Shown: in pieces, positions 49,435 to 61,346 of the stretch
How the letters are laid out: the number at the start of each line of letters is the position of its first letter
Position numbering within the stretch: the first letter of the stretch is position 1
Assembly (NCBI GenBank): GCA_032718475.1
Contig: JAUCBJ010000983.1
Coordinates: forward strand, 30,912-94,911
Source: Nemertoderma westbladi
Lineage: Eukaryota; Animalia; Xenacoelomorpha
Direction of reading: 5' to 3'
DNA: 64,000 nucleotides
The notes under the pieces: model-generated
The model's input: the letters and a program-made list of their open reading frames with translations, nothing else
The model's database searches: none
Told to the model about the DNA's origin: nothing
Translations under genes and position numbers: made by a program

Positions 49435-51710
49435 TGTAAGGGTCCAGTAGTATACCGCTTACCAGATCCTAGTAACGATGTATCTTACTATGAGACTCTA
49501 GTAATGTATACGGGCTTGTACAGTATCTGACAACAAATCCCAGTCCAGGATATCTAAACAAACAGATATAGTACACAAACGACTACTGGCGAGGAACAGA
49601 GCCTTGTATCTATTCTATGTACGTGAGCGGGTCTAATGCCTACGTACTAGACAGAAGGATACCTGTCCTCTAACCGGTGAGGCAGATGTACAGTTACAGT
49701 AACAGACCAAACTCACGGGAAAACAATCCCCGCGCAGCGAATCCTAACTATCACTGACAGTCCTAAATACAGTAACTTGCCGCGGTGTGATTTATATGGT
49801 TTATATACGAGCTAGTGGGTTAACAGACCTAGCGTAACAACACTGACAGTCCTAAATCAGTCGAAAAGGGGTCGTGCCTAAATGTAACAATAACTGATCC
49901 CCCTGTACGAAATCAGTCTAAAGGGTCAAGCCTAAATGTAACAATACCGTTGTCCAGACAAACAACAGTTTAATAACGAAAGTGAAATACTCCTTATCTT
50001 GCCGCAATCAAATCAGATCCTAATTGTACAAATACAAATAATTTCCTCCTAACGTAATGTATAGTACGCTATAGCTAGTAGAACTTTAAGGGCGATATGT
50101 TTTAGGGCGTGTGTGTGTGGGTGTGTTACAAATAAAACAATTTCGTGTAATTCCTTTTACTAGGTTTTAGTGATTTTCTGACTAAAATGATACCGTGCGC
50201 TAGCTACTAAAATAAACTAGTCGCGTTTGTAGAACTTTATACTCACGAATGACGTCAAAGCTCTCTCCTTCCTATCCACAACCCAATGGGCAACCACAGT
50301 GTTAGTAACTACACCCGTGATCGGCACTAATACCAGATTCTGGTTGTAAGATAAGAATAGGGGTTAATCGCTACCGTACGTTAGCTGATCTGGTATACTA
50401 ATTTAATTCTAGAACTTTGTTGCTGCGGTAGTTAGCAGCAATACCTATCAGTACGTGGCAAGGCGCGGTAGGATATTAATAAACCTCCCTAGGCCAAGCA
50501 GTGTGCCGGTAGCAGAAATACTCCTTGCCTGATCAAATAGCTAACTCCAGACAAGGGGGGGGGGTACTAATGTACGTTCTACAAAGCGAACCGGTACCAA
50601 ACAGTCAGTGCTATGAATCACTAAATTATGGAACGTATGCTGTCCGTACCTAATATGTACTCGCGTACTGACGAATGGCAATAGTTCGCACCTGTAGGAA
50701 GTACAGGTTAACCCAGGGATTCGTAGGACTTGACACAGGGGGGGTGTCTGGATATAATTATTTGATCCTAAATTTGCGGCGTCCAGTGCGGTGTCACGCT
50801 TACCCTGATCTATAGGTCTTACGGCGGGCAAGGGCGTCGAACAAAGTCTTACCTTTCTCACAAAGCGGGCGCTGCATAGCAAGTTGAGCATTTCGAAGGG
50901 GCAAAGGGGGTGCGTGGTCAATCCAATGTGGGCGCTAGCGTGTTGTGGACATCCCTTCCCTGCGTTGCTTACGGCCTAACGGTCTAGGCTGCCATCTCCC
51001 TGGTGTTCGGCTGTCCCGAAGTCGGACCAAAAGAAAACATGTCAGGAAATTGCAGTATATTTACAGTTTTACAAAGGATTTATCAAAACGAAGTTTCAAC
51101 AAGAAACCGAATAAACTTTTTATACAAGAATAAGAGAGTGTAACACAAGGTATAAGGTTTGGTACTGAGGGGGTAACAAGTGATAACCGAAGGCAAACCG
51201 GCCTTTTTATACTAGAAATTGCACATGGAAACTAAACAGAAATTTCCACAGCTTCACCATTGAGCAATGAAGTGCTTCGTGCCCTATGATTGGCCCAGCT
51301 CATCGTTCAACGCAGTCCGGCCCTTACACTAAATCTGGGACATGGAATCCTAACAGAATTTTCCACTGCCTCACATTTGAGCAATAAGATAATTTATGCC
51401 CTATGATTGGCCTGGCTCATTATTCGCTACGTTGTACGCTTCTCATTGGCCTACCAATTAGCACCACACGAAAATAAATGGCCCCAAAATACAAATTTCC
51501 CGACTGGGATTCGAACTCGTAACCTACGTAATGTAACCAACGCCTTAACCATCTGACCACTACGCCACGAGAGTACCTAAGGGTTTTATGTGTACAAATA
51601 TGAATAGGCATATTACATTACTGTAACTTAATCAAAATACGTCGGATTTTCAAAAGTTTTTACGCTAAAGTTAAACTACAAATGCTACCTTATAGTGAAA
51701 TAATTCATCA
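49435..51710 (-). repeat. 5' LTR of element B (2276 bp)
   Basis: Direct repeat of 40803-43079. Confidence 0.95.
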
Positions 51711-51807
51711 GTTATTCTAGAAGTAGAACATAAACTGCAAAACGAATATAATATATTCAGTGATACAGTAGGTACTGTAGTAGCTTGCTAAATTAAGCTA
51801 TTGTATA

Positions 51808-51956
51808 CGGTGGCTGAAAGCGGACAAAATAATTAATTTGGTACTACATTTTTTAATTATTATTTTTATCAAAATTTTTTTTCTTGAATTTCAACCCAGG
51901 TTGAAATTCAAATAACGTTGTTGATCAAAATAAAAATTGGCCGCTTTCAGCCACAG
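51808..51956. mobile_element. 149-bp MITE with TA TSD (Tc1/mariner-like), same TIR family as the PRDM9 intron
   Basis: TA-CGGTGGCTGAAAGCGG...CCGCTTTCAGCCACAG-TA, with an internal palindrome TTGAATTTCAACC..GGTTGAAATTCAA. Confidence 0.88.
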
Positions 51957-52164
51957 TAAATTGTAGGATAGCTAGGTGTCATACGTGTCTGGTCTGGACG
52001 GTGTCCGTCGGTCGGTAAGTAGGTCGACGGTTAACGCTATAAAAATAAACTACCGGAAAATAAAAAAATTAACGGAAACAAACGCTCGTGATTGGCGGTT
52101 TCCAATGTGGGAATTTTGAAACTCACTATAGTTTTGTTACGGTTGTTTAAGTGGTATAGTATAT

Positions 52165-52320
52165 GCAGCACCCTGGTTTAGTGGTTACATTCCTGGGCTC
52201 CCAATCATTCCTAGCCTAAACCTGGCTTTCACCCTTATCTGGTGGATAAATGGGAACTTACTGTGGAAGATCACCTATATTGGTGAACAGGCATACCTTG
52301 GCTTAACGAGCCTAAAATAT
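52165..52320 (+). mobile_element. Possible degenerate SINE
   Basis: TGGTTTAGTGG A-box-like start and a CTTTCACCCT...GGATAAATG central block reminiscent of conserved SINE cores. No B box found. Confidence 0.3.
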
Positions 52321-52544
52321 TCTCCCATTCATTAAGTGGTAGTATTCACTTACAACATAAAGTTTATGTTTATTTTACTGTGTAATACACTTTATTTTAC
52401 TTTAATATCTGTACAATATATTTTCCGTAATTTTTCCTCTATTTTAAACAACAACCGAACAAATACAGAAATGTTGATTGCATTTGTACCGTTATGTAGT
52501 CATTTGAATATAGGATCAGGTGACAAAGTCAGGTGGGATAACTA

Positions 52545-53270
52545 CTACTATAATCGGCCTGCTGCATTGAAACTGCACATTGAGATGCTATGCCAGCATA
52601 ACAAAAACATATTCTCACCATCATGCAATCCACAATTGACAAGCCCAATTGAGCGTGCATTAAGAATGCTATGCCAATCAAAGTTGCACCGCCACAACTC
52701 CCTATCCCCCATTAATTTAAGGAGATTATTCACATTATTCAAAGGCCAGAGTCCTTTAGGAGGCGTTTCACGAAATTCACGGGCTGCCACCATGCTTATT
52801 CACTCAATGAGGACGCCATAAGCGCAAGATTATGCACTGGCTGGTTCTGACGGCAAAAGCAATGTCCTGCAAAGCGGGGGCAGTTCTGTTCAAGTGTCAA
52901 GCTAGGGGAGACTAATGAAACACCTCCAAGGTTGTATAGACTGATAGAGGCTACGGTTGGAGATGTGTTCATTGTACTTGACACAATGAGCCCAACACAG
53001 CATTCTTGAGAAAGTGCCATCCAGAGATTTGGTGTCCTCAGCAGCAGTTAGAACCCAGCATGGACTCCCGTACAGGATAAGAGTACCGGTACTACTACAG
53101 CCATAATAAATAATCTAACCTTAAGTTTCCGTTTTATTCTATTGGACTTCCAAATCATGTACAAACTATTTTACGCCGCCCATGCCTTCCCCTTACATAT
53201 CGGAAGGTCTGAATTTCGAATCCATAATCCCAAGTACCAGAAGTCAACCACGTGCTCAAGCAAGCCGTCC
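52545..53270 (-). mobile_element. Degenerate RTE-clade LINE 3' fragment
   Basis: Minus-strand pieces LLILYGSPCW, LDGTFSRML, RFAGHCFCRQNQPV, LLKLMGDRELWR; paralogous to 4690-5290. Confidence 0.7.
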
Positions 53271-53630
53271 CTAGAGCTTAAATGCCCCTTTCAAACAATG
53301 ACCATAAAATGACCCAAACCACCCGATTAATAGCCAATTGCAAATGGGGTGTAAAAATCACGAAAAAAAACACCATAATTATTCGAGGAATCGGAACAAA
53401 AGTGCGTGGTGGCATGAACAGAACATCGAAAATGAGCGGTAACATGAACAGAACACAACATCGAAAGTGCGCGGTAACACACAACACCGAAATACCGGTA
53501 CTGTACAGTGTACGTGGTGATGTAAACATGAGTGGGCCTTTCGTGGAGCTGCGAACCAATAAAAAAACAATAATATAAATTATTACAGTATGATACACCA
53601 TACAAAAATATTTAAGTACGTAAAATATTA

Positions 53631-54407
53631 TTAGTACGTTTGAACGACACTAGCCGATCAAGCCTGAAATCTGATAGAAACTGATAAAAATTGGTACCGG
53701 TACCGGTACAGCAGTATTGTTCGCCATCTTCAGCACAATGCGGATATTGTTTTATACTAATGGGCCTATTACTTTTATTGTTTATTGTGTTATTTATATT
53801 GTTACTTTTATTAATTATATTGTGTTGTATTGTATTTATACAAGAGCACTAGGCCTAGGCCTACTATTACTGTATTGGGCCTACTCTGTCATGGCATGGC
53901 TTAATTTAATTTCCTCGAGGTCGGTAAACTGATCGAGACTGGAGGAGTGTGTTATTGAATTTGCGCTATTGAGGAGCTTCTCTCCCGTACCGGTACTCTA
54001 CAACCAAATGGGCAACCTACCCTACGTCTTTGTCTTTTCCAGGTTGTGCTGCACAATCCAAAGTTGTGCTTGTAATCTCCTTGCTTATTTCAAGCATTAC
54101 TACCGGTAGTACTGAATGTCCACTCATGTCCAACTACTGTACGATATGATCTAACCAACCCAAGCGGCTCTTTTCAGGGCCGCCATATCAGCATATGAAA
54201 TATACAATCATGTCGCAACAACGCTTGCAATCCAATAGGCCTATAGATTATATTAAAATAATAAATCCCCCTCCAAGAACTTAATAAATAGGCCTAATAG
54301 GTACCTGCGCAATCCTCAAGATTGCTCACAATACTGCTATACCGGTACCGGTACCATTATTTATCTGATTTCAGGCATGTTCGGCTAGTGTCGTTCAAAC
54401 GTACTAA
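53631..54407. mobile_element. Non-autonomous TIR element with TA flanks
   Basis: About 45-bp TIRs: TTAGTACGTTTGAACGACACTAGCCGATCAAGCCTGAAATC versus GATTTCAGGCATGTTCGGCTAGTGTCGTTCAAACGTACTAA. Confidence 0.8.
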
Positions 54408-55204
54408 TACCCCTATCTAGCTAGCTCTCAGCTTACTGTATACCGGTAGGCCTAATTTAAAAAATTAAAATATTATTTTATAGAATTAGGCCTACTGGTC
54501 ATTATTCTAGAAATCAAACTTATGATAAATGAAACTATACTACCAATTACCGTTATCTACGAATCTACCTACTGTCAGACCGTACAGGCAGACTATACGA
54601 GAAACACTGCGGTACCGTACTACCGGTGCCTAATGCAGTAATTCATCTGCATGTCGTAAGTAGAATGGTACGGAGTTAGAAAGTTTCACTTTATCGACTA
54701 CCGGTAACGGTATCATACTAAAACTACAGTAAATGCCTGATGGGTATTGCCTACAATAGTGAATTCCTTGCTTGTGTGCCTCACTGCCTGAATGTGTTGC
54801 AAACGAGTCTGTATTCAGAAAATTTTTCACTTTAGGGCCTACCGACTTTCATACTGCGACATGTACAGCCTATTATGATGTCAACGTCTACTAGTCTGCA
54901 TGTGTAGAACTATAGCAGCCAAGTCTGTCATCAGGAAATGTTTCACTTTCACATTTGCAACCTACAGTATTGCGACCAAGGACAAACTATATATCCTGTG
55001 TCTTTGTGGGGTCGGTAATCGCCACTAATCGGTATGCAGTTCTAGTTCCAGTTCTTCCCGCTAAAGGGCGAAATGTATGAAAGTGAAAACCTTTTCCCAT
55101 TTCCGTCATTTTAATTTGAATCTTGGCATTGTTTGTATGGCATACTTTTAGTATTAAAACCCCATTTTATTATTTACTCATATTTTTTTAAGGAAAATAA
55201 TTTG

Positions 55205-55805
55205 GTACTCATATTTTTATAAGAGTCACTAATTCAAAGAATTATGTACTCATTTTAAAATGAGTACACCATTAATTCGGAAAATCTTTTAATTTTGAAC
55301 TCATATTTTTATAAGAGTCACTAATTCAAAGAATTATGTTCTCATTTTAAAATGAGTACACCATTAATTCGGAAAATCTTTTAATTTTGTACTCATATTT
55401 TTATAAGAGTCACTAATTCAAAGAATTATGTTCTCATTTTAAAATGAGTACACCATTAATTCGGAAAATCTTTTAATTTTGTACTCATATTTTTATAAGA
55501 GTCACTAATTCAAAGAATTATGTACTCATTTTAAAATGAGTACACCATTAATTCGGAAAACCTTGCAATTTTGTACTCATATTTTAGCCAATCGCGAATT
55601 TGCGCCTCATCTTTTAATAATTGTCACCCATCTTTTAACCAATCACGAATTTGCGCCTCATCTTCGAATAATTGTCACCCATCTTTTAACCAATCACGAA
55701 TTTGCGCCTCTTCTTCGAATAATTGCCACCCATCTTTTAGCCAATCGCGAATTTGCGCCTCATCTTTGAAAATATGTCACCCATGTTTTAGCCAATCACG
55801 AATGA
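55205..55805. repeat. Compound tandem array: 92-bp unit x4, then 51-bp unit x4
   Basis: GTACTCATATTTTTATAAGAGTCACTAATTCAAAG... at period 92, followed by CCAATC(A/G)CGAATTTGCGCCTC... at period 51. Lies directly upstream of the transposase remnant. Confidence 0.9.
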
Positions 55806-55952
55806 CATAATTTTTATGTATTTAAAAAACCCTTTTTATATTTGTTATGATTATTATTTTGCTATTTTATTATTATTAAGGTTATTTAAATTGTTGTTTT
55901 TATATTGTAAATTTGATTTCATCATTGCCACTTTATAGTAGTTTAGTTTTTA

Positions 55953-56741
55953 TTGTTTATCATGAAAACTCCGGCAAGTATATTTGTCAACCATTTGGAA
56001 CATATCATAACCGAATGCGCACGTGTTTTAAAACCTGATTACTCACCTCAATTAATTAATGACGAATTCAAGGAGTACCTATTAGCTAAACTCACCAATA
56101 TATGTAATTGCTTAACTATAATAAAGGAATCTAATAATTTGACAGCTCATGATTCAGCAATTGTTGAGTATCTGACATATGTTCAATACCCTACAAGTTC
56201 GTATCGCCAACTTGTACATAAGGGTCAGTCCTGATTGTACTTCTTTGTTTAATCATGTTCTCACACATAATGGTCCGGGACCTGATAATACGGGGAGACC
56301 AAGATACGACGTTACTAAGTCTTAACTTGAATACCTCAAAGAGGCGGGATTTAACTGGACTCAGATTGCTGCGATATTTGGAGTGAGTCGATCAACTATT
56401 ATGGACCTACTGTAGTTCGTCAATTTGGTTTGGGAGTTCGAAACTTGTATCGCAAAACGTTAGAGAATGAAAACAAAATTAAAGAAGTTATTTTTGAAAT
56501 TCATCAACAATTCCCTTATGCGGGATGTAGATTCGTGTATGCCATGCTACGAAGTCAAAATATGTTCATCGCGCTTCGACATGTTCATCGTGTCTTATGG
56601 GAAATCGACCCCATTTTATCAGCAGCAAGGTGGCGAGCGGTTGTGGTCCGACGACGATATAATGTAAAGGGTGCCAATTCTTTATGGCACATCGATGGCC
56701 ATCATAGCCTTATAAGGTGGAACTTCGTAATACATGGTTAG
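55953..56741 (+). pseudogene. Frameshifted integrase-core DDE transposase (IS3EU-like)
   Basis: HTH LKEAGFNWTQIAAIFGVSRSTI; HQQFPYAGCRFVYAMLRS; VRRRYNVKGANSLWHIDGHHSLIRWNFVIHG. The rest of the catalytic core was not found. Confidence 0.75.
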
Positions 56742-57950
56742 TACTTTCGAAAAAGCGAAAAAAAAACAAAAAATGTTATTTTTGCCACGACTTTTGTAGT
56801 TTTTTTTGTTGTTGAAAGCCACTTAAAAAAAAAATATTAATATCTCGGATCGATAACTAAAACTGAAGTGAAATAGCAAAATAGGTAATATAGGCCCTGT
56901 TATGATATTATATATATTCTAGAATATTAAATGTTGATGGAATTTTAAAATTTTAATGTTGATGGAAATCCGAAGAATATGAAAGACAGTTACTCAGTGA
57001 AATCAATCACCGATTTGGGTCTGATAATTCCGATAATAAATACGGTGTTGACTGCTATTTATATTGCAAGCAATTTGTATTTAATTATAAAGAATAACGA
57101 TAATAGTTATTTTTTGTATCGATTTTTAGTTTATAATAATTTTATATTATTTCCAGCTATTTCGCAACCAATTTTCTGCTATTACCTCATGGGACGGACG
57201 GGTATAAATGTAAGTAAGAGGGACGCAGCAAACTTCTCCCTTAAAAAAGCATGAAAATTTGTTGGAAAAAAAAAACGAAAATGTTGGCACATACGGAACT
57301 GTTCCCTATTTAACTAATACTTTTAATTGATGATTGATGATTATCAATCAAAATTGATTATGGAAGTTTAACCTGTGATATTGACTCCCGTTTATTGTTT
57401 TGGTTAGAAATGCATCCCATTATAACCTGTTCCTTTCCAATAATTGGTAATTATTGGGCGAAGATTGGATAAGCATAAAGTACAATAGGAACACACGGGC
57501 CTAAAACGTAAGGAGCCTTCATCTTGATATTAAATTAAAAAAGTAAAGTTAATAAATTAATATGTCAATTTCAATTAACTTAAATTATTAAGGGGGATGA
57601 TTGGTTGTGGATATCCATTCAATCCCAATGTTGTAACAATGAAAATGGTGAAGTTGGTGTGATATTATTTATACAGGTGACATATTTTATTACTGCCCAC
57701 AGCGCAATATACACATTGTATAAGGATGCTATAACACCTCAAATTTCACAGAACAAAACTCAACAACATGAAATGTTATCTACTAATAACTAAAGTACAC
57801 TAATAATATAGGCCTACTTGGTAACTTGGTTATCGATTAAACAATTCAAAAGTTTGAATTCTAAAATTAAAAGAATTAAATTCTAGAATTAAAAATGATA
57901 TGGAAAATTGCAATAACGAGATGCTAATTAATTAACAATTGTCTGATTTT

Positions 57951-59760
57951 TTAACACCGGCCAAAGCCTGCCCCAGAAGCGAAATAGGATTCAACTAAAA
58001 GCCGCTTCACTTCTTGTTCAGAATCGATATGAATAGGGATGGTGAGTTGCATTGCACACGTGGAATAAGTAAGATAACATTTACAATTATTTTCTTTGCA
58101 GTACTTAAATAAAACAGGTAGTTTTGGGACCATAGTCGGCCGGGATGAGCCACATAGCCAGTGAAGAATATTAGATTTGGTCAATGTGTGTTGTTCCCAA
58201 ACTAATGACCCACAGTCATCTAAACATTGAAATGAGGTGCCAAACCAAAATGAAATATCATCTTCCCTTTCGTAACCGTTTGAGCCTGGTTATTTCCGGG
58301 GAACAAGAAAGGACTTTATAGATAAGGTGATTTGGAAAATCTTTTGTGGACAGAATTGGCAGAATTCCTTCTTTCAGAGAATCTATAGCGCCTTTATTGA
58401 ATATTAGTAACGACTTCAGAAACAACTCTGCAAACTTACGCAGACTTAAATCACTGCGAGTAATATTCGCTTCAATCATAATCAATCCCATTTCGGAGGA
58501 CTTGTATCGCAATTCGTCTGTGATGTTTCCTTGTAACAAATTGGTAATTACTTCCGGAACTTCGTGGATCAATTCTAGAAATTCTAGACAACCAACATCC
58601 TGGCCATTATATGCAATATATCGCCCAACTAAAGGGTGAATTATGCCAATAACAAGCTCGCCATGTATAATTGCAATAGCCAACACTTTTCCTAATGCCC
58701 TAAATTGACCATTGGCCACCTTAGATATATCAGCTACGGAGGGTATTATTAATCCATCAATATTCGAAAACAGAGCGGAATTACTTAGAGCATTAATAAA
58801 TGTTCCAAACATATCACGACGTAGGCCACCTTGGTCGCAACCGGACTCTCGTGAAAATGTTACCACATTACCCTCTCCAGGGTTAAGATTATGCACCTTT
58901 TCTATTACATCATCAATTAGTTTTCTCCTGCGGATTAATATCTTTTGCAGAAGATCGACATCTATGTATCCTGGCATTGTGTCGTCGTACTCATAGTAAT
59001 GCTGCAAATTCTTCAAAACAGCCAAGTCTTCCTTTCTTAATTTCCAATTGCGTGCATCATCAACAATGCCTTCCATATTGCCGGATGGAGCTATATTCAT
59101 GTCTCTCTCATTACATTCATCATCGGAAGAGTCGTCCACTAACATGGAATCATAATATATTTGTATGGCTTCTCTATTAATGACTTGCGGGGAAGTTATT
59201 GGGATATGTTCCGCAACGGTTGCCTGCCCCTGCAAAAATGTTGTTGGTAATGTATCATTCTCGGAAATCGTAGTTGGGACTATAACAGTGGACTCATTGC
59301 TGCTTCTATTTTCAATCCGAACATATATTGGTTTATCTCTAGGATAAATCGATTTAAGTGCCTGGCCAATAAATATAAAGTTATCAGACACAGATAGGGG
59401 TAGAATTGATTTATTGAAAACTTTAATAAACTCAAAGTCAGAATTGCATGACGGTAGGTGCTAATAATGAATTCATAATTACTGACCGCACTTCTTCTTA
59501 GTGGAATTGTCAGTATATGTTACCATGCATTGTTTAATAATGGTATCTTTACAAACTCGAGTATCGCCTTCTTCTGTTTTGATAACAATGACTGACTTCG
59601 TTACAGAGGAGGAACGCGGCCTACCACTTGATCGACTACCACTAGTTGACACTGTCGGTAATGTCCTTCGATTACCACTCGAATGTCATAGTCCTTCCGA
59701 GTTAAGCTCTAGCATCGACGGTTGTAACAATTGAGAAAGTATCTTGAATCGTTTTTTTTT
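57951..59760 (-). pseudogene. Disrupted G2E3-like HECT E3 ubiquitin ligase
   Basis: ESGCDQGGLRRDMF, FRALGKVLAIAIIHG, ILHWLCGS, STCAMQLTIP (catalytic Cys position), terminal GFGRC. Frameshift near 58200-58260 and a stop near 59462. Confidence 0.75.
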
Positions 59761-60150
59761 CAGTATTTATTCGTCGCCTTTTAACCAGCCATACCAACCC
59801 AAGCCAACCATTCCGACATAGAAAATGTGCGCCGGCAGGTAGACGACCTACTGAATTGAGAAGATACATCTTCGTTGCTATGACAACGTCTGAGATGGTT
59901 GAAGAGGCACTCCATAAGTTGAAGAGTTGTAAGACCGAACCGACGTTGCTTTTGGTTTTGATTCAGACAGTTTAATCAACTATGTTCCGGTTTTTAGGGA
60001 ACACAATATAGGAAGGATTTTTAATCTGTTTTTAATCCACGGCTTTATTCCTCAGTTCCTACTGACGTGTGTGATAATCCCTCTAATTAAAAACAAACTG
60101 GGTGATCAAACGACCTCTGATAATTATAGAACCATTGTACTATCATCTCT

Positions 60151-61346
60151 CTTCCAAAATTCTGTACGTAGATACTCCAAAAACTACGACCTTGACATCA
60201 ACATTAATGTAGTCACGAAGAATCCCACATCACTAGGACAAATACTAACCAAAAATAAAACTCAATTGCAAACACACACAAATAACACCACTAATGAGCC
60301 ATGTAACTCTAGCCGCTGCCTTACATGCAAAACTATCACTGACATACAACAGACCCCATGGGGTGAAAAGATAAAAGGACACTATACATGTAAGTCCCAC
60401 ACTGTATGTTACTTGGCCTGGTGCCACTGCCACCCTACTCTATACTACATAGGCCAAACGAGACAGAAACTTCACGAACGCTTTAATGGACACCACAACA
60501 ACATACGACACTACCCCTCACGAGCCAATGACGGAAAAACACACGAAGACATACTCCTAGCTAGGCACATATACGGTTGTGGTTTAGAAAATCTACGCAC
60601 CGCAACTATAAAACAATTCACAAACATACCCGAACTACTAGCGACGGAAGCTAACCTAATCTATACATACAACCCCCCACTTAACGTAGCAAGACCAGCA
60701 ATCTAAACCCAACGTTTTATATATTTATATAATATTCTATATCTTACACAACTACAGTGCCTTCTATAGCGAATTTCCGGGGTTTCTATGTGCTTTTCCC
60801 CTATCTTCTTTTTTGTTTTTGTCTTCGGTTTTTCTGTTTCTTGTAATTTTCTTACTCTGTAAAAATTCCCCGGCAATATGTAGACAGTTATCATTATGCT
60901 GTATTCTACCTAACCATACGCTTTAAGTAGATAGCTCATAATCCTATGTAACCTACCTTATCCAATTATACCATTCAGTATGTAGACACATGACCACTCC
61001 TGGGATTTCCCTATCAGCTTCTCCCAACCTTATAACCCAACCTGCAACCCTATATTTGTACTTTAGATTGAAAGCTTACAACTAACTCGCTGTACTTTCC
61101 CTATCACAATTACCTTACGTTATACAGTACATACATATACGTTAACCTTTCTGGGATTCACCTATCAGGTATTCCCCTTTAAAACTTAGATATATATATA
61201 CTGTAGACCCCCACCTTTTCCTGTTAGTTGCCAGTACATAGTCTGATGCAGACCGGTAGGTCGAAAACGTTTACTATTATATCTTTATCTAATATAATAT
61301 AACCAGCTAAAGACCCTCAATACTTTATTTTTTCTATCATCTTTAC
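60151..61346 (+). mobile_element. 5'-truncated Penelope-like element with GIY-YIG endonuclease
   Basis: PCNSSRCLTC...YTCKSHTVCYLAWC...YYIGQTRQKLHERFNGH...EANLIYTYNPPLN. 12-bp TSD ACTATCATCTCT (60139-60150, 61347-61358). Confidence 0.88.
61238..61276 (+). ncRNA. Minimal type I hammerhead-ribozyme-like motif at the Penelope 3' end
   Basis: ATAGT-CTGATGCA-GACC(GGTA)GGTC-GAAA-ACGT-TT-ACTAT: stem I ATAGT/ACTAT, stem II GACC/GGTC, palindromic mini stem III. The core deviates from CTGANGA at one position. Confidence 0.55.

Larger units (their letters stand above)
40803..51710 (-). mobile_element. BEL/Pao LTR retrotransposon B, Pol-less, with 2.3-kb LTRs
   Basis: LTRs 40803-43079 and 49435-51710 with TG...CA ends; perfect 5-bp TSD GTTAT (40798-40802, 51711-51715); PPT-like GGAGCGG next to the 3' LTR; gag-protease ORFs. 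Confidence 0.95.

Noticed and set aside
55536-55810. Repetitive ORFs (HLLTNHEFAP...)
   Set aside because: Translation of the 51-bp tandem repeat; no sign of coding function.
55136-59793. TATGGC...GCCATA as termini of the transposase/HECT element
   Set aside because: Only 6 bp are inverted and the flanks show no target-site duplication.
60071-60706. Novel host GIY-YIG nuclease gene
   Set aside because: Explained as a chance in-frame junction between a LINE RT remnant and a truncated Penelope insertion with a TSD.
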